From a virus (taxonomy: Duplodnaviria > Caudoviricetes), in the IMG/VR virus record IMGVR_UViG_3300009104_000024, positions 1 through 59,728 of that record: DNA of 59,728 bases; one strand, 5' to 3'. Every line of letters starts with the position of its first letter. The first letter of the stretch is position 1. The notes beneath the pieces are model-generated. The model did not search any database, was not told the DNA's origin, and was given only the letters and a program-made list of their open reading frames with translations. A program made the position numbers and the translations under genes. Positions 30,181 to 41,800 of this stretch are shown here, in pieces.

Positions 30181-31373
30181 AAAAATTTAAAGGTGGTGGT
30201 GGAAGTTCTGCACCAACAGAACAAACTGTATATAGCACAGACTTACCTGAATACGTTGAGCCGTATTTTAAACGGCTATTGCAACGTGGAGAGGCTGAAT
30301 CATTACAAGGATACACTCCTTATGGGGGTCAAAGGCTATCTTATTTTTCACCTGATGAATTAACCAGTCAGGCAATGACTAGAGGTTTTGCAACTGCTGG
30401 TACTCCACAACAATTTACAGATGCAGCAGCAAGATATGGTGACACACAAGGCTATGCTCCACAATATCAAGCAGGACAATTTGACCCTGGTTATACAGCA
30501 AGGACTAGAGATTCAGGTTATCAAGCTGGACAGGTTGGTCCATCTTATGCACCTATAAACTATGAACAAAACATACAAAGGTTTATGTCACCTTATCAGC
30601 AGAATGTTATAGACGTAGAAAAACGTGAAGCTATGCGTCAATCTGACATAATGGGCAAAGGTATAGGTGATGCAGCTACAGCTCAAGGTGGTTTAGGTGG
30701 TTACAGAGAGGCTATACAACAAGCAGAGCGAGAGCGTAATTTAGGACAGCAACTAGGTGATATACAAACTAGAGGCAGTCAAGCAGCATTCCAATCAGCT
30801 CAACAACAATTAGCAGCAGAAAGAGCTGCTGGTTTAGGTGCAGCTCAATTTGGATTGCAACAATATGGAGCAGGACAACAGGCTCAACAAACACAAGAAC
30901 AGTTAATGCAGTCTGCTATGCTAGCAGGTGAACAGGCAAGAATAGATGCAGCTAAACTTGGATTGACAGCTCAACAACAAGAGGAAGCAGCAAGACAACA
31001 ACAAGAAAAGTTTGGTCAAAGTGCTTATGATTTATCTAATCGTTATAACTTAGCTGCTGCACAAGGATTAATGGGTGCAGGTCAAACTATTGGTCAGGAT
31101 GCTTTATCTAGAATAGCTGCATTACAAGGAATAGGTTCACAGCAAAGAGCATTGAGTCAGGCTAGTATGGATATGGGTTATGAAGACTTTATGCGTCAAA
31201 GAGATTATGCCCAAAATAGACTTGGTATGTTTAGCAATATATTAAGAGGTGTTCCAGCAACTCCACAACAAACAGTTAGTCAATTTCAACAACAACCTGG
31301 ATTATTTCAACAAGCTATAGGAGCTGGTTTAACTGGTTTAGGATTATATAGAGGATTTGGAGGCGGAGGATAA
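30177..31373 (+). CDS. DNA ejection / internal virion protein
   Basis: Gln/Ala/Gly-rich helical protein, FMSPYQQNV motif, C-terminal glycine zipper. Confidence 0.7.
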   Translation: MKKFKGGGGSSAPTEQTVYSTDLPEYVEPYFKRLLQRGEAESLQGYTPYGGQRLSYFSPDELTSQAMTRGFATAGTPQQFTDAAARYGDTQGYAPQYQAGQFDPGYTARTRDSGYQAGQVGPSYAPINYEQNIQRFMSPYQQNVIDVEKREAMRQSDIMGKGIGDAATAQGGLGGYREAIQQAERERNLGQQLGDIQTRGSQAAFQSAQQQLAAERAAGLGAAQFGLQQYGAGQQAQQTQEQLMQSAMLAGEQARIDAAKLGLTAQQQEEAARQQQEKFGQSAYDLSNRYNLAAAQGLMGAGQTIGQDALSRIAALQGIGSQQRALSQASMDMGYEDFMRQRDYAQNRLGMFSNILRGVPATPQQTVSQFQQQPGLFQQAIGAGLTGLGLYRGFGGGG

Positions 31374-31374
31374 T

Positions 31375-32829
31375 ATGGCAAATTTAGTACAATTAGCAAA
31401 TGAATTAGAGTATGTGCCTAAAATGCAATTGGCAGAAATGGCTCAAGACCCTAATAATAGATTTCCACAATACTTAGTCTTGTCAGAAATACAAAGACGA
31501 ACTTTAAATGAAAGGGCTTATGCAGCAGCACAACCTCAACCTACTACTACAGTAGCAGAAGAAGTGGTGCAAAATTTTGTGCAGCCCAAGGGTTTGCAAG
31601 CAGGTATACCTTCTGAATCAGCTCCAACTGATGCTTTCTCTTCAGAGTCTATGGGTATGCCTGCCTCTGCTCCTATGCAACAACCAATGCAACCTCCTAT
31701 GGCTATGGCTTCTGGTGGTTTAACTGGTTATGCCAATCAAGGTAGAACTGCTTTGCCTGGAGTTTTACCAAGTTTAACTCCATATGCAGCATCTGAAGCC
31801 GAAGAATACGAAGAAGATGCTAATTCGTTAAAAGAAAGTTTTAAAAATTCCTTTCTTATGGATGCGTTAGTAAATTACATGATGCAGCAGCCTGCAGTTT
31901 CGTCAAGTCTTGATGCAACCATGGCTCTTCATAATATTAAAAAAGATGTTGAAGAATCTGATTATTCAGGACCTACAGGTGCTCAAATTGGAGGAGGTTT
32001 ACTTGCATTAGCAAGTGTAATACCTCATACAAGAAGGATTAAAGCAGCTGGGAAGTGGGGGAAAAATTTATATGAAAAAACAATAAAACCTTTTATGAAA
32101 AAACGATATGGAGCACAACCTGCATCATACCAATACACATCAGGTGTTAATCCTATTGTTGGCTCACAGGTTGCTGGATATACACCTAAAATGAGTGCTT
32201 TGAGAAAAACATTATTAGGAACAGGAGAAGGTAGATTTATTTCTTCAGCACTTCCTATAACGGCTGGCGGATATCTTATGTCAGGTTATAACCCTTTCAG
32301 CAGTGAAACAGGAGAAAATAAAGAACAAACTGAACTGACAAAAGAACAAAAAGATTATATAAAGATGTTGCAAGAAATAGAGTTAGCTAATGCAAAAGCC
32401 TCGCAAGAAAAATCTAAAAAAGGTTTAGATGGTGCTTTTAGTCCTACTGACCTTATACAATTAGGTGGTACTGTTATGGGTGCTAGAAATATAAGTGAGT
32501 TAGGACAAGGTATAGCTGGTGTAGCTGGTATAGCTTCTGAAAGAAAAACTAGAGCAGAAGAAGTTGAAATAAATAAAAGACTTAGAGAAGCACAAATAAG
32601 TCAATTAGAAACAGAGACAGCTTTATTGCCAGATAAACAACTTGCTGACGAAATAGAAGGTGTTACTGCTGCTATTAAACAGGCAGAGGAAGGTGGTGCT
32701 GATGAAGAAAGAATTGCTGAATTAAGACAATATTTACAATATTTACTACAACAACAAGCTATGGCTCGTGGCTATAATCCACAAGCTATGTCTGGCACAA
32801 ATCAAAGTCTTATAGCTTCATATACTTAA
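31375..32829 (+). CDS. Internal virion protein
   Basis: GGAGG RBS before ATG 31375; helical, MASGG motif. Confidence 0.6.
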   Translation: MANLVQLANELEYVPKMQLAEMAQDPNNRFPQYLVLSEIQRRTLNERAYAAAQPQPTTTVAEEVVQNFVQPKGLQAGIPSESAPTDAFSSESMGMPASAPMQQPMQPPMAMASGGLTGYANQGRTALPGVLPSLTPYAASEAEEYEEDANSLKESFKNSFLMDALVNYMMQQPAVSSSLDATMALHNIKKDVEESDYSGPTGAQIGGGLLALASVIPHTRRIKAAGKWGKNLYEKTIKPFMKKRYGAQPASYQYTSGVNPIVGSQVAGYTPKMSALRKTLLGTGEGRFISSALPITAGGYLMSGYNPFSSETGENKEQTELTKEQKDYIKMLQEIELANAKASQEKSKKGLDGAFSPTDLIQLGGTVMGARNISELGQGIAGVAGIASERKTRAEEVEINKRLREAQISQLETETALLPDKQLADEIEGVTAAIKQAEEGGADEERIAELRQYLQYLLQQQAMARGYNPQAMSGTNQSLIASYT

Positions 32830-32830
32830 T

Positions 32831-35800
32831 ATGCAAAAAGTTAATCTGCCTGACGGAAGAACATTAAAAATTCCTAACGATTTATCTGCTGAAAAGCGAG
32901 ATGAGTTAGCTAATGCAGTTAAAGCAGAATATAACATTGACATTAATGAAGGTTCTTTAGGTGAATGGTTAATAGATAAACCTAAATCAGTAGTTAGAGG
33001 ATTATCGCAAATGATACCTACAGGAGTAAAAGGTATTGCTGGTTTAACATTAGGAAGCGATAGCGATATAGTTAAAGGCATATCTGATTATCAAAGATAT
33101 ATTGCTACAGAATCGCCATTAGCATCTGACCCTAAATATAGAGATACATTTGGAACAAAACTTTCTGAAGGTGCTGGTTCATTAATTGGTTTTGGTGGAC
33201 TTTCGTATGCAGGTAGAAGATTAGCAGCTAAGGGTGTATTGAGTGATAAAGCAGGTCGTTTTGGTGTTCCTGGTTCATTAGCTGTACCTATGGGCATGGG
33301 TGAACAAGTAGATAGATTGGAGCAATCTAGAGCGTTGGGAGAAGAATCACCAGGTTTTTTAGCTGAAAAAACAGCCATTCTTGCTGGTGGTGTTATAGGT
33401 TTAAGTGAATTAGCACCTTTAGAAAGATTGTTTAGAGGCATTCCCAAAAATGCTTTAAAGAATCCTACAGTACAACAGTTACTTAATACACGATTAAGGT
33501 CAGCGATAGCAACAGGAACTGCTGAAGCTATTCAAGAAGCTGGAGCTGGTGTATTACAAAACTTAACAGCAGCAGGATTATATAGTGATGAAATACCTAT
33601 ATTTGATAGTGCATTAGAAGAGTTTACTATTGGTGGCATTTTAGGAGCAAGTGCTGATTTACTTGTTAATAGTCTTGCCAACAGAAGAAGTATTAGCAGT
33701 CAGCAATTAAGGGATGCAGAAACGAAAGCTAGAGACAATAGAACTAGTCTTCAATCACAAGATAAATTTGCTAGAGCACAAGAGCAAGGAATGGTTGAAG
33801 AGTATCAAGAACCTATTATAAAAGAAAAACCTGAAATAGATGTTCCAGCTATTGTTGATGTAGCTCCACCTGATTTAGGAGTAATAGAAAATCCTGATGG
33901 TCAATTTTCAGTTGTTGATTATAACGACTTAGAAAATCCTATACTAAGCTCACACGCTACCGAAGTTGATGCTCTATTAGAAAAAAATAATCAACAAACA
34001 AATTACGAAAGGAAAGTTTTACAAGTACAAGTTGATAATGACACATACATGATGGGAATGCCTGATAGCGATTCAGCTAAAACATTAGGTAGAACTGTTC
34101 TTGACCCTAACATTACGCAAATAAATTTATCTACTTTAATAGGATATGATTCTTCTATTTCAGAAGATTTAAAAAAAGAATTAAATAAAGAAAAATCTGC
34201 CACATATCCAGCACAGCCATATAGGCAGATGCTTGAAAATAAAAGAAAGAATTTAGAAAAAACTGCTAAATATTTAGAAAGTAAAGGTTTAGATTTAAAA
34301 AGTAGTTTTTCAATGCCTGAAGCTAAAAAAGTTTTAAAGCCTAAAGACTATAATCTAATGTTAGAAAGTTTTGCTAATCATGCTTTTACTGCTTCTGAAA
34401 AAGCAGGTGAACCTTCTATAAGAGAAGATAAATTAGATGTAACAATAAAGAATATTAAAGCTATTGCTGAATCTAAAAATATAGAATTAGACTTTAAAGA
34501 CCCAGCAGTTCGTTATGCAGCAAAACAATGGACAGGTTTTGAAGATATACCTAAAACAAGAAACAGAGGTGCTAAAGAACTTTTCTTAGCCAGAATACAT
34601 TCTCTTCCTGCATTTAATAGTAAAACTAAATTTCCTGATTTTAGACCTAGAGCTTACACAGGTGTAGACATGGCTAACTTTGTGGCTTCTGCACAAGACA
34701 TACAATTTACTGATGCTGACTTATTGGTAGCTGGTCCTGAAAGTATTAGAAATAAACCAGAAAATGTTAAACAATTTTTAAATGATTTAATTGAAAGTGG
34801 TAGAGCTAAAAAAATAAAAAACACAAATAAATATGAATTAACTGATGACTTTGAATACACAGTCGCCAGAAGACAAGAAGGGTTTAATGAAACACCAGAT
34901 GAATTTCGTGCAAGATTAGAAAGAGATAGGTCATTAGGTAAAAATAAATTATCTGATGAAGCTATAGATAGTCTTGTTGCGTCTGAAGAAGTAAGGCAAG
35001 AAAAGGTATTGCCACCAAAAGAAATTGAGAAAAAACTTATAGACTTTAATGAAACAATTGAAGAAGGTCGTACAAATAAATTTGCTAAAGAGTTAAGGAA
35101 AAAACTAAATAAAGTAGGATTAAGAGACACAGGTATAGTTGTTAGTAATGATATTTTATCTACTACTACATTAGCCGAAACTGAAACTGGACAAATAATA
35201 TTTGACCCTAGAAAAACTAGAGAAACTGCTACAGAAGGTGCAGTAGAAGGAGAATACGATAGAGATACAGACATTATTTTCTTATCGCTTAACTCTGTAA
35301 ATCCTGATGGCACAGCTACTGATGAACAAATACTACAAAGGTTAGATAAGATTCTTGACCATGAAATGATTCATGCGTTTAGAAAGAAAGATTTAATTAC
35401 TGAAAAGGAATATCAATATTTAAGAAACGAAGTTAAACGTAAAAAAGTTCCTACTGAATATGATGCTTCCAGCAAGAATGAAACTTTTTACACTAGAAGT
35501 CAAAGAATTAATAGTGGCATGGTACGACAAGCCACATCAGAAGGTAGGGCAAAAGAAGAAATAGAAGAATTTTTAGTAGAAGAAGCTATAGCTGAAATGT
35601 ATAGAGCCAGGGAGTTCAAACCTGTTACACCAAAATCTAAAGGCATATTAAATAGAATAGTTGAGTTCTTTAAATCTATGGGTCAAGCCATGCGTGTATC
35701 AGGCTACAGAGATTCTTCTGAAATATTTGCTGATATAGAAAGAGGTAAAGTAGGAGCTAGAGAAAGAGGACAAATACGAACCTTGCAAGAGCTAGATAAA

Positions 35801-38800
35801 ATATCTATGGCTAGAGAACAAGGTATTGTTGGTGGGTTAGGCATAACGCCTTCTGCTGTGCCTGAAGAACCTCGTGGTGAGGATAAATTAGATACTTCTG
35901 ACCCTCAATCAATAGCAGATGAATGGGGTGAAGGTGTTTTAATTACTCCAACTGTATCTTTTAATGATGTTAAATCAGATACAGACCCTATAACAGGTGT
36001 TACGTTGCCTTTGGAAGCTAGACAAAGAGGGGGTTTATACAATAAATGGGAATTAACACCAGAAGAATATGAAGCTGATAGAAAACAAATTTTAGATGAA
36101 TTTTATAGACCAACTGGTATTGGTGATGGAATTGAAAATATTAAAAGTATAGAAGTATTAAAGTGGCTTAGTAAAAATGGACCAACAGAAGATTATAGAG
36201 TTATTGCCAATAGACTATTAGTTCAACAAAGAAAATTAAAAAGAATAGTTGGCATTGAGGGATACTTTGCAATATTTAATGATGAACACGGAGGAAAACA
36301 AAGATTTATTGGTAAAGGTACGGATTACCAAAGTTTTCTTGGTGTTTCATATGCACCTTTTTTAAATGATGGTAGTTATAATGTTAAAGATTATAATCCT
36401 TATGGCGATAGCAAATTAGTACAACAAGTATATTTAAAAGATACCTCTTACACATCTTCACCAGGTCATAATGGTGTAAGTTTTGATACTATGTTGCACG
36501 AATTAGTGCATCAAACTACACAAGCTGCTACTAATTTTTATAGAGGTAGTAGAGCAACTGAACAATCTAAAAAACTTGTAAAAGATTTAGAAGAAGTTAG
36601 AAAAGAATTAATAAAAGAAATTGAAAAAAGAACTGACACTAAAGGTTCTATTGTTGAGGGTCAATATGTCAATGAAGATGCTGAAAATAAATTAAAGAGT
36701 GAATTTGGACAAGACGGAGCAGCAAAAATAGTATATGCAGCAAGTAAAATACAAGAAACTTTAGCAGTTGGATTTACTAATAGATATGCTCAAGACTTTA
36801 TGGATAGTATTCCATATAAAGGAACTAAAAAAACTTTATGGGATAAGTTTACTGAATCAATAAGAAAGCTATTAAGTTTACCTGCTAAAACTAATAGTTT
36901 ATTTTCTGAATTTTTAAGGATAAGTGGAAAATTAACAAATTTATCTAACGCACAATTAGAAGAACTAAATAGAGTTGGTGCTGATTATGATTATGGTCCA
37001 CCTGTTGCTAGCCTTGAAATGTCCGACCCTTCTATAGAATCAGAACTTTCTGATTTAAGAAGAGAACTATATGATGCAGAAAGTTTAGAGTCTGCCGATA
37101 GAGGTTATGTAGATGTAGAGGTAGGCAATCGTAATATGAGAAGAGTACAAAATATAAGAAATAAAATTGAAAGACTTGAAGAACAATTAAAACGAGAAGC
37201 AGAATTAAAACAACCAGTCACACCAGAACAGTTGCCTTTATTTAGTAGAACTCAAAAAGATGAGAAAAAAATAAGAACTATAGCTAGAGAAAATAGAAAA
37301 AGATTAAAGGAAGAATACAAAAATGATCCTGATGCTGTAGATGAAATTATTAAAGAATTTGAAGGCGAAGAATTATTTAGTGATGGTAGTGGTTTTATAG
37401 AAGGAATTACTACAAATAGAGGATATATGGATGACATTCCCTTGTCTTTTTCTTCTGAAAGATTATCTAAAAAAGTATTAGAAGATTATGGTTATGAAGA
37501 AATATTTGAAGGAGAAATGTCATCAGAGTTAAGAGATAAAGATAATCAACAAAATTATTATGTAGATTTAGGACAGAATAAATTTAGAGTTTACTTTAAT
37601 CGTTATGGTAATAAAAGAAACCAAGCGACTATTACTAATCCTACTTTAGATGAGTTAATGAATGAATCATGGTTTGAAAAAGAACGTAGGTCTTCTGACA
37701 TTCCTTTATTTAGTAGAGGACCTAGAGATGAATCGTCAGGTCATTTAGCTGATTATGTGCCTGCAGAATATGGTCCACCTGCACATCAACTAGATATAGT
37801 ATATGGCGATGAAAAAACAAAAGATGGTTATTATCCAGTTAGTTATGGTTTTACATATCCTAAAACTTCTCCAGATTATAGAACAAGAGAATTTACAGTT
37901 TATAGCACAGCTAGAACACCACTAGAACAACAAGAAGAGCGTGAGTTTATAAATAAACTTATGGAAATAAGAGGCAATCCAAATGCAGAAATAACTATGT
38001 ATCAAGCTGCACCACAAAGAGATTTAAGAGAAGGAGATTTAATAACTCCATTTTTAAGTGAAGCTGAAGCTCTTGTAGAAGATTCTAAAGTTACACAACA
38101 AGAAATTAGAGAAGCAGATAGAGCTAGAAGAAGGCAAGAACAGATAGATAAAAAAGGTGCTGTAGATTTACAACAAGAAAGATTGTTTAATCAAATGGAA
38201 GGAATATCAGATATTCTTGGTAGACCTGAAGTTACTCCATCAACAATACATACTTTTAAATTAAAAGCAGGAGATGTTCGTTGGGATGGTAATAATGGTT
38301 GGGCAAGATGGGGTTACTTCCCAAGAATAAAAGCTGTAGAAGATTTACCTTTATTTAGTAGAGCTGCCACAGATACTAAGCCTCCATATATGGACTTTAA
38401 TCGTAAACAGATTAGGAATTTTAGTAGTAATAAAGTTGGTTTTTATGATGGAGTAGAAATACCTTTAACTCATGTTGCACGAATGCGAGTTGAAGATTTT
38501 TTAAAACTTACTACAGCCAATCAAGAGGTAATTGATAATATAATAACAGGAGGTCCAACAGTTGCTTTATCTTCAGAGCCTATGGGCTTACTTCCAGCTT
38601 CTATAAGAAATCCTGATGCTATATTTGACTCAGAAATAGCAGATACTGCAATAATTCCTTCATTACCAAATTTAGAAATTAGAGGAAATGGTCAAGTAAT
38701 TAGCCATGAAGGCAGACATAGAGTTGCATTAATAGGACAAGGAGGTGGTAGAACTGTTCCTGTATTTATAAATTTTCCTGAAGGTAATGTAGAACAAAAT

Positions 38801-41800
38801 ATACCTAATCCTAGTGGTCAAACTTTACAAGAACAAGGTGTTACTTTTTTAAGAAATCAGGAATTTAATAACTTTACTGTTCCTATAAATAGGTTAGGAG
38901 AAATTGCACCTTTACATAGAGATAGTGCCCAAACTAAAGATAAATTAGATTATGCAGTAGAGATTGCTAGTCAGCCTGACTTACTTGCACCCTCTGGAAA
39001 TATACCTTTATTTTCTAGGCAATCTAAAACACCTTCAATAAAAGAACTTCCTGGAGAAGTTTCTGAGTATCGTGATAATTACAATATAACAGATACAGAA
39101 TTACTAAATGCTATAGAAGCTACAGAAATGAGCAGAAAATCAGGAACAAGAGAAAATCCTGGTCAGTTAGATACTACTATAGTAGAAATATTTGAAAACA
39201 ATCCCAACCTTTTAGAAGCTAGTAAAAACTTTCTTAGAAAGTTTACTAATAAAAAAGGTAACTTAATTGTATACAGAGCTTTAAATATACCTGCCTCTAT
39301 GCGTATAAAAAACTATGGGCAGTTTCCTCAAGATATTTACGCAAGTGCAACTATAGACCATAGAGAAGCTAAACAAATAGCAAGTAGTGTAGAAATAAGG
39401 TCAAGAGCTAAAGAAGAAGCACAATCAGAAATACTTAGATTTGAAGTGCCAATGGATAGAGTAAAAGCTTATGTTCCATCTTTAATAGTGGCTGGTAGAG
39501 AGCGATTAATAGAGATGAAAGAACAAGAATTTATTGATGCAGGGATAGAAAGTGAAATGGATGAAGACTTTAATCCTGATGAATATAATGACTACACTAG
39601 AGAACAATACATAGAAGAATATGAAAATGATTTAGATGCTTCTATAGATGAAGCTGAAGTTTTAGTTGACTTACGAGGAATCAAACCAACTTATCAGTAC
39701 ACACCTGGTAGTGGTATAACAGGTAGAGAACCATCTATAACTAGAGATATACCTTTATTCTCAAGAGCCAGAAGATTTACAGGTGAAGCTAATACACAAG
39801 AAAAAGTAGCATTACAAAAGTCTACAGAAATAATTGAAGATTTTGTAAAGAAAACTCCTAGAGGTGAAATACCTTTATACAATACAAATGCCTCTGATGT
39901 TGCTTTAAAAGCTGCGTATGACTATATAAATGACCCTAGTGCTCCTACTATAAATGAACTTCCTAATTACTCTAGAGTTGAAAAAGAAATACCTGAAGAT
40001 TTACAAGGTGTAGTTAATAGAGGTGGGTATGTTGCTCCAAGGAAGCCTTGGTATGAAAGATTAATTAGTGATGTTTCTGACCCTGTAACTAATATTAGAA
40101 AGTTTTTTAAAGATACAAGACAAAACTATATTGATAAGTTAGATAAAGTAGAAAAGAAAATAGCACAAGGAAGTGAAGAGTTTGAAGAAGTAAGACTTTT
40201 AAATAATATAGCCGACACCTCTGCTATAGCTGCATTAAGAATGGCTGATAAAGCTAGAGGTATATTTCAAGGTATGCTTACAAGAGGATTTGCTACAGAT
40301 GTTATTGACGGAGAAGCTGCATTAACAACTACTGAAGAACTAGAAATAGATACAGTATATAACCCATACATTGATGGCGATACAGGTACTGGTGGTTTAT
40401 TACAAATTACTGCTCCTTTATTTTCTGACCCATTAGTAGATTTAGAAGGAATATTTGGAACATATGCCAAATTAAAAAGAGTTCAAGGATTTCAAAAACA
40501 AAATAGACAAGTTGAATCCCCTTTTACACAACAAGATTTAGAATTTATAAATAATATTGAAGCTAACTATCAAGTTGTTGTTGAGGTATATAACAACTAT
40601 CAAAAATGGAACAATAAATTAGTAGACTTTGCACAAGCTAAAGGCTTATTAAATGAAGCACAAGCTACAAAATGGAGAGAAGAATCAACTTACTATCCTT
40701 TTTATAGAGATATGGTTGAAGAAGAGGGTATAACTGCACCAAGAATAGGTGGTGGTTCTTTACCTAATAACCCATTAAATTTAAAACTTAAAGGTTCTGA
40801 AGCAGAAATAAATGTTTCTCCATTAGAAGCTATAGCAAGAAACTCTTTGTCTATTCTTACTGCTTCCATGAAAAATGACGGAGCAACAAAGTTAATAGAA
40901 AGTTTAGCAATTATGGGTGAAGCAGAATACATCACCCCACAACAATTAAAAAATAAACAAGGTGCAAAAACTATATTTGTTTTTGAAAATGGATTTAAAA
41001 AACACTACAACATAGAAGACCCTGATTTATTCCATAGTATCAGAGCATTAGGTGGAGCAGAAGTTGGATTTATAACTAAACTTTTAGCTATGCCAGCTAC
41101 GTTATTAAGAGATACAGTAACTCGTGACCCTGGATTTATAGCAGTAAACTTACTTAGAGATACGCTATCTGCAACTGTAACATCAGGTGTTAATTTATCA
41201 TCACCTTTTACAGGTGGTGATGGATTTGTGCCAATGATAGATACCATTAAAAATATGTTTGGCGACATGACAGACTTAGAAAAGTTTGGTGTTATTGGTG
41301 GATATGATTTCGCTAATGACGAAGGTGATGTTGTTGACTATATGGCACGAATAAGAAGACAACAAGGTCTTACGGCTAACAATGGTATGTCAGCAGAAAA
41401 AGCTTTCTTTTATGTTTGGGATGGTCTTGGTGGACTAACAACAAAATCTGATGGAGCTACTCGTAAAGGTGTGTTTGATGCAGTTTATAAACGCATGAAA
41501 AACACTATTGATGAAAGAACAGGTGAAGTTTACACAGATGCAGCAGCACAATCAGAAGCAGCTTTTCAATCCTTAGAGGTTATAAACTTTGGTCGTAGAG
41601 GACTATCACCAATGTTTAGAGTTATTACGTCTGCAATACCTTTTTTAAACGCTAGAATACAAGGTCTTGACGTTATATACAGGTCATTTAGAGGAACGTA
41701 TTCAGCACAAGATAAACTACAAGAAGGTGAAACTTTAGATGAATTAAAGAACAGAATAATGCGAAGAACTGCATTGAGAGGTGGAACTATTATGGCTTCT

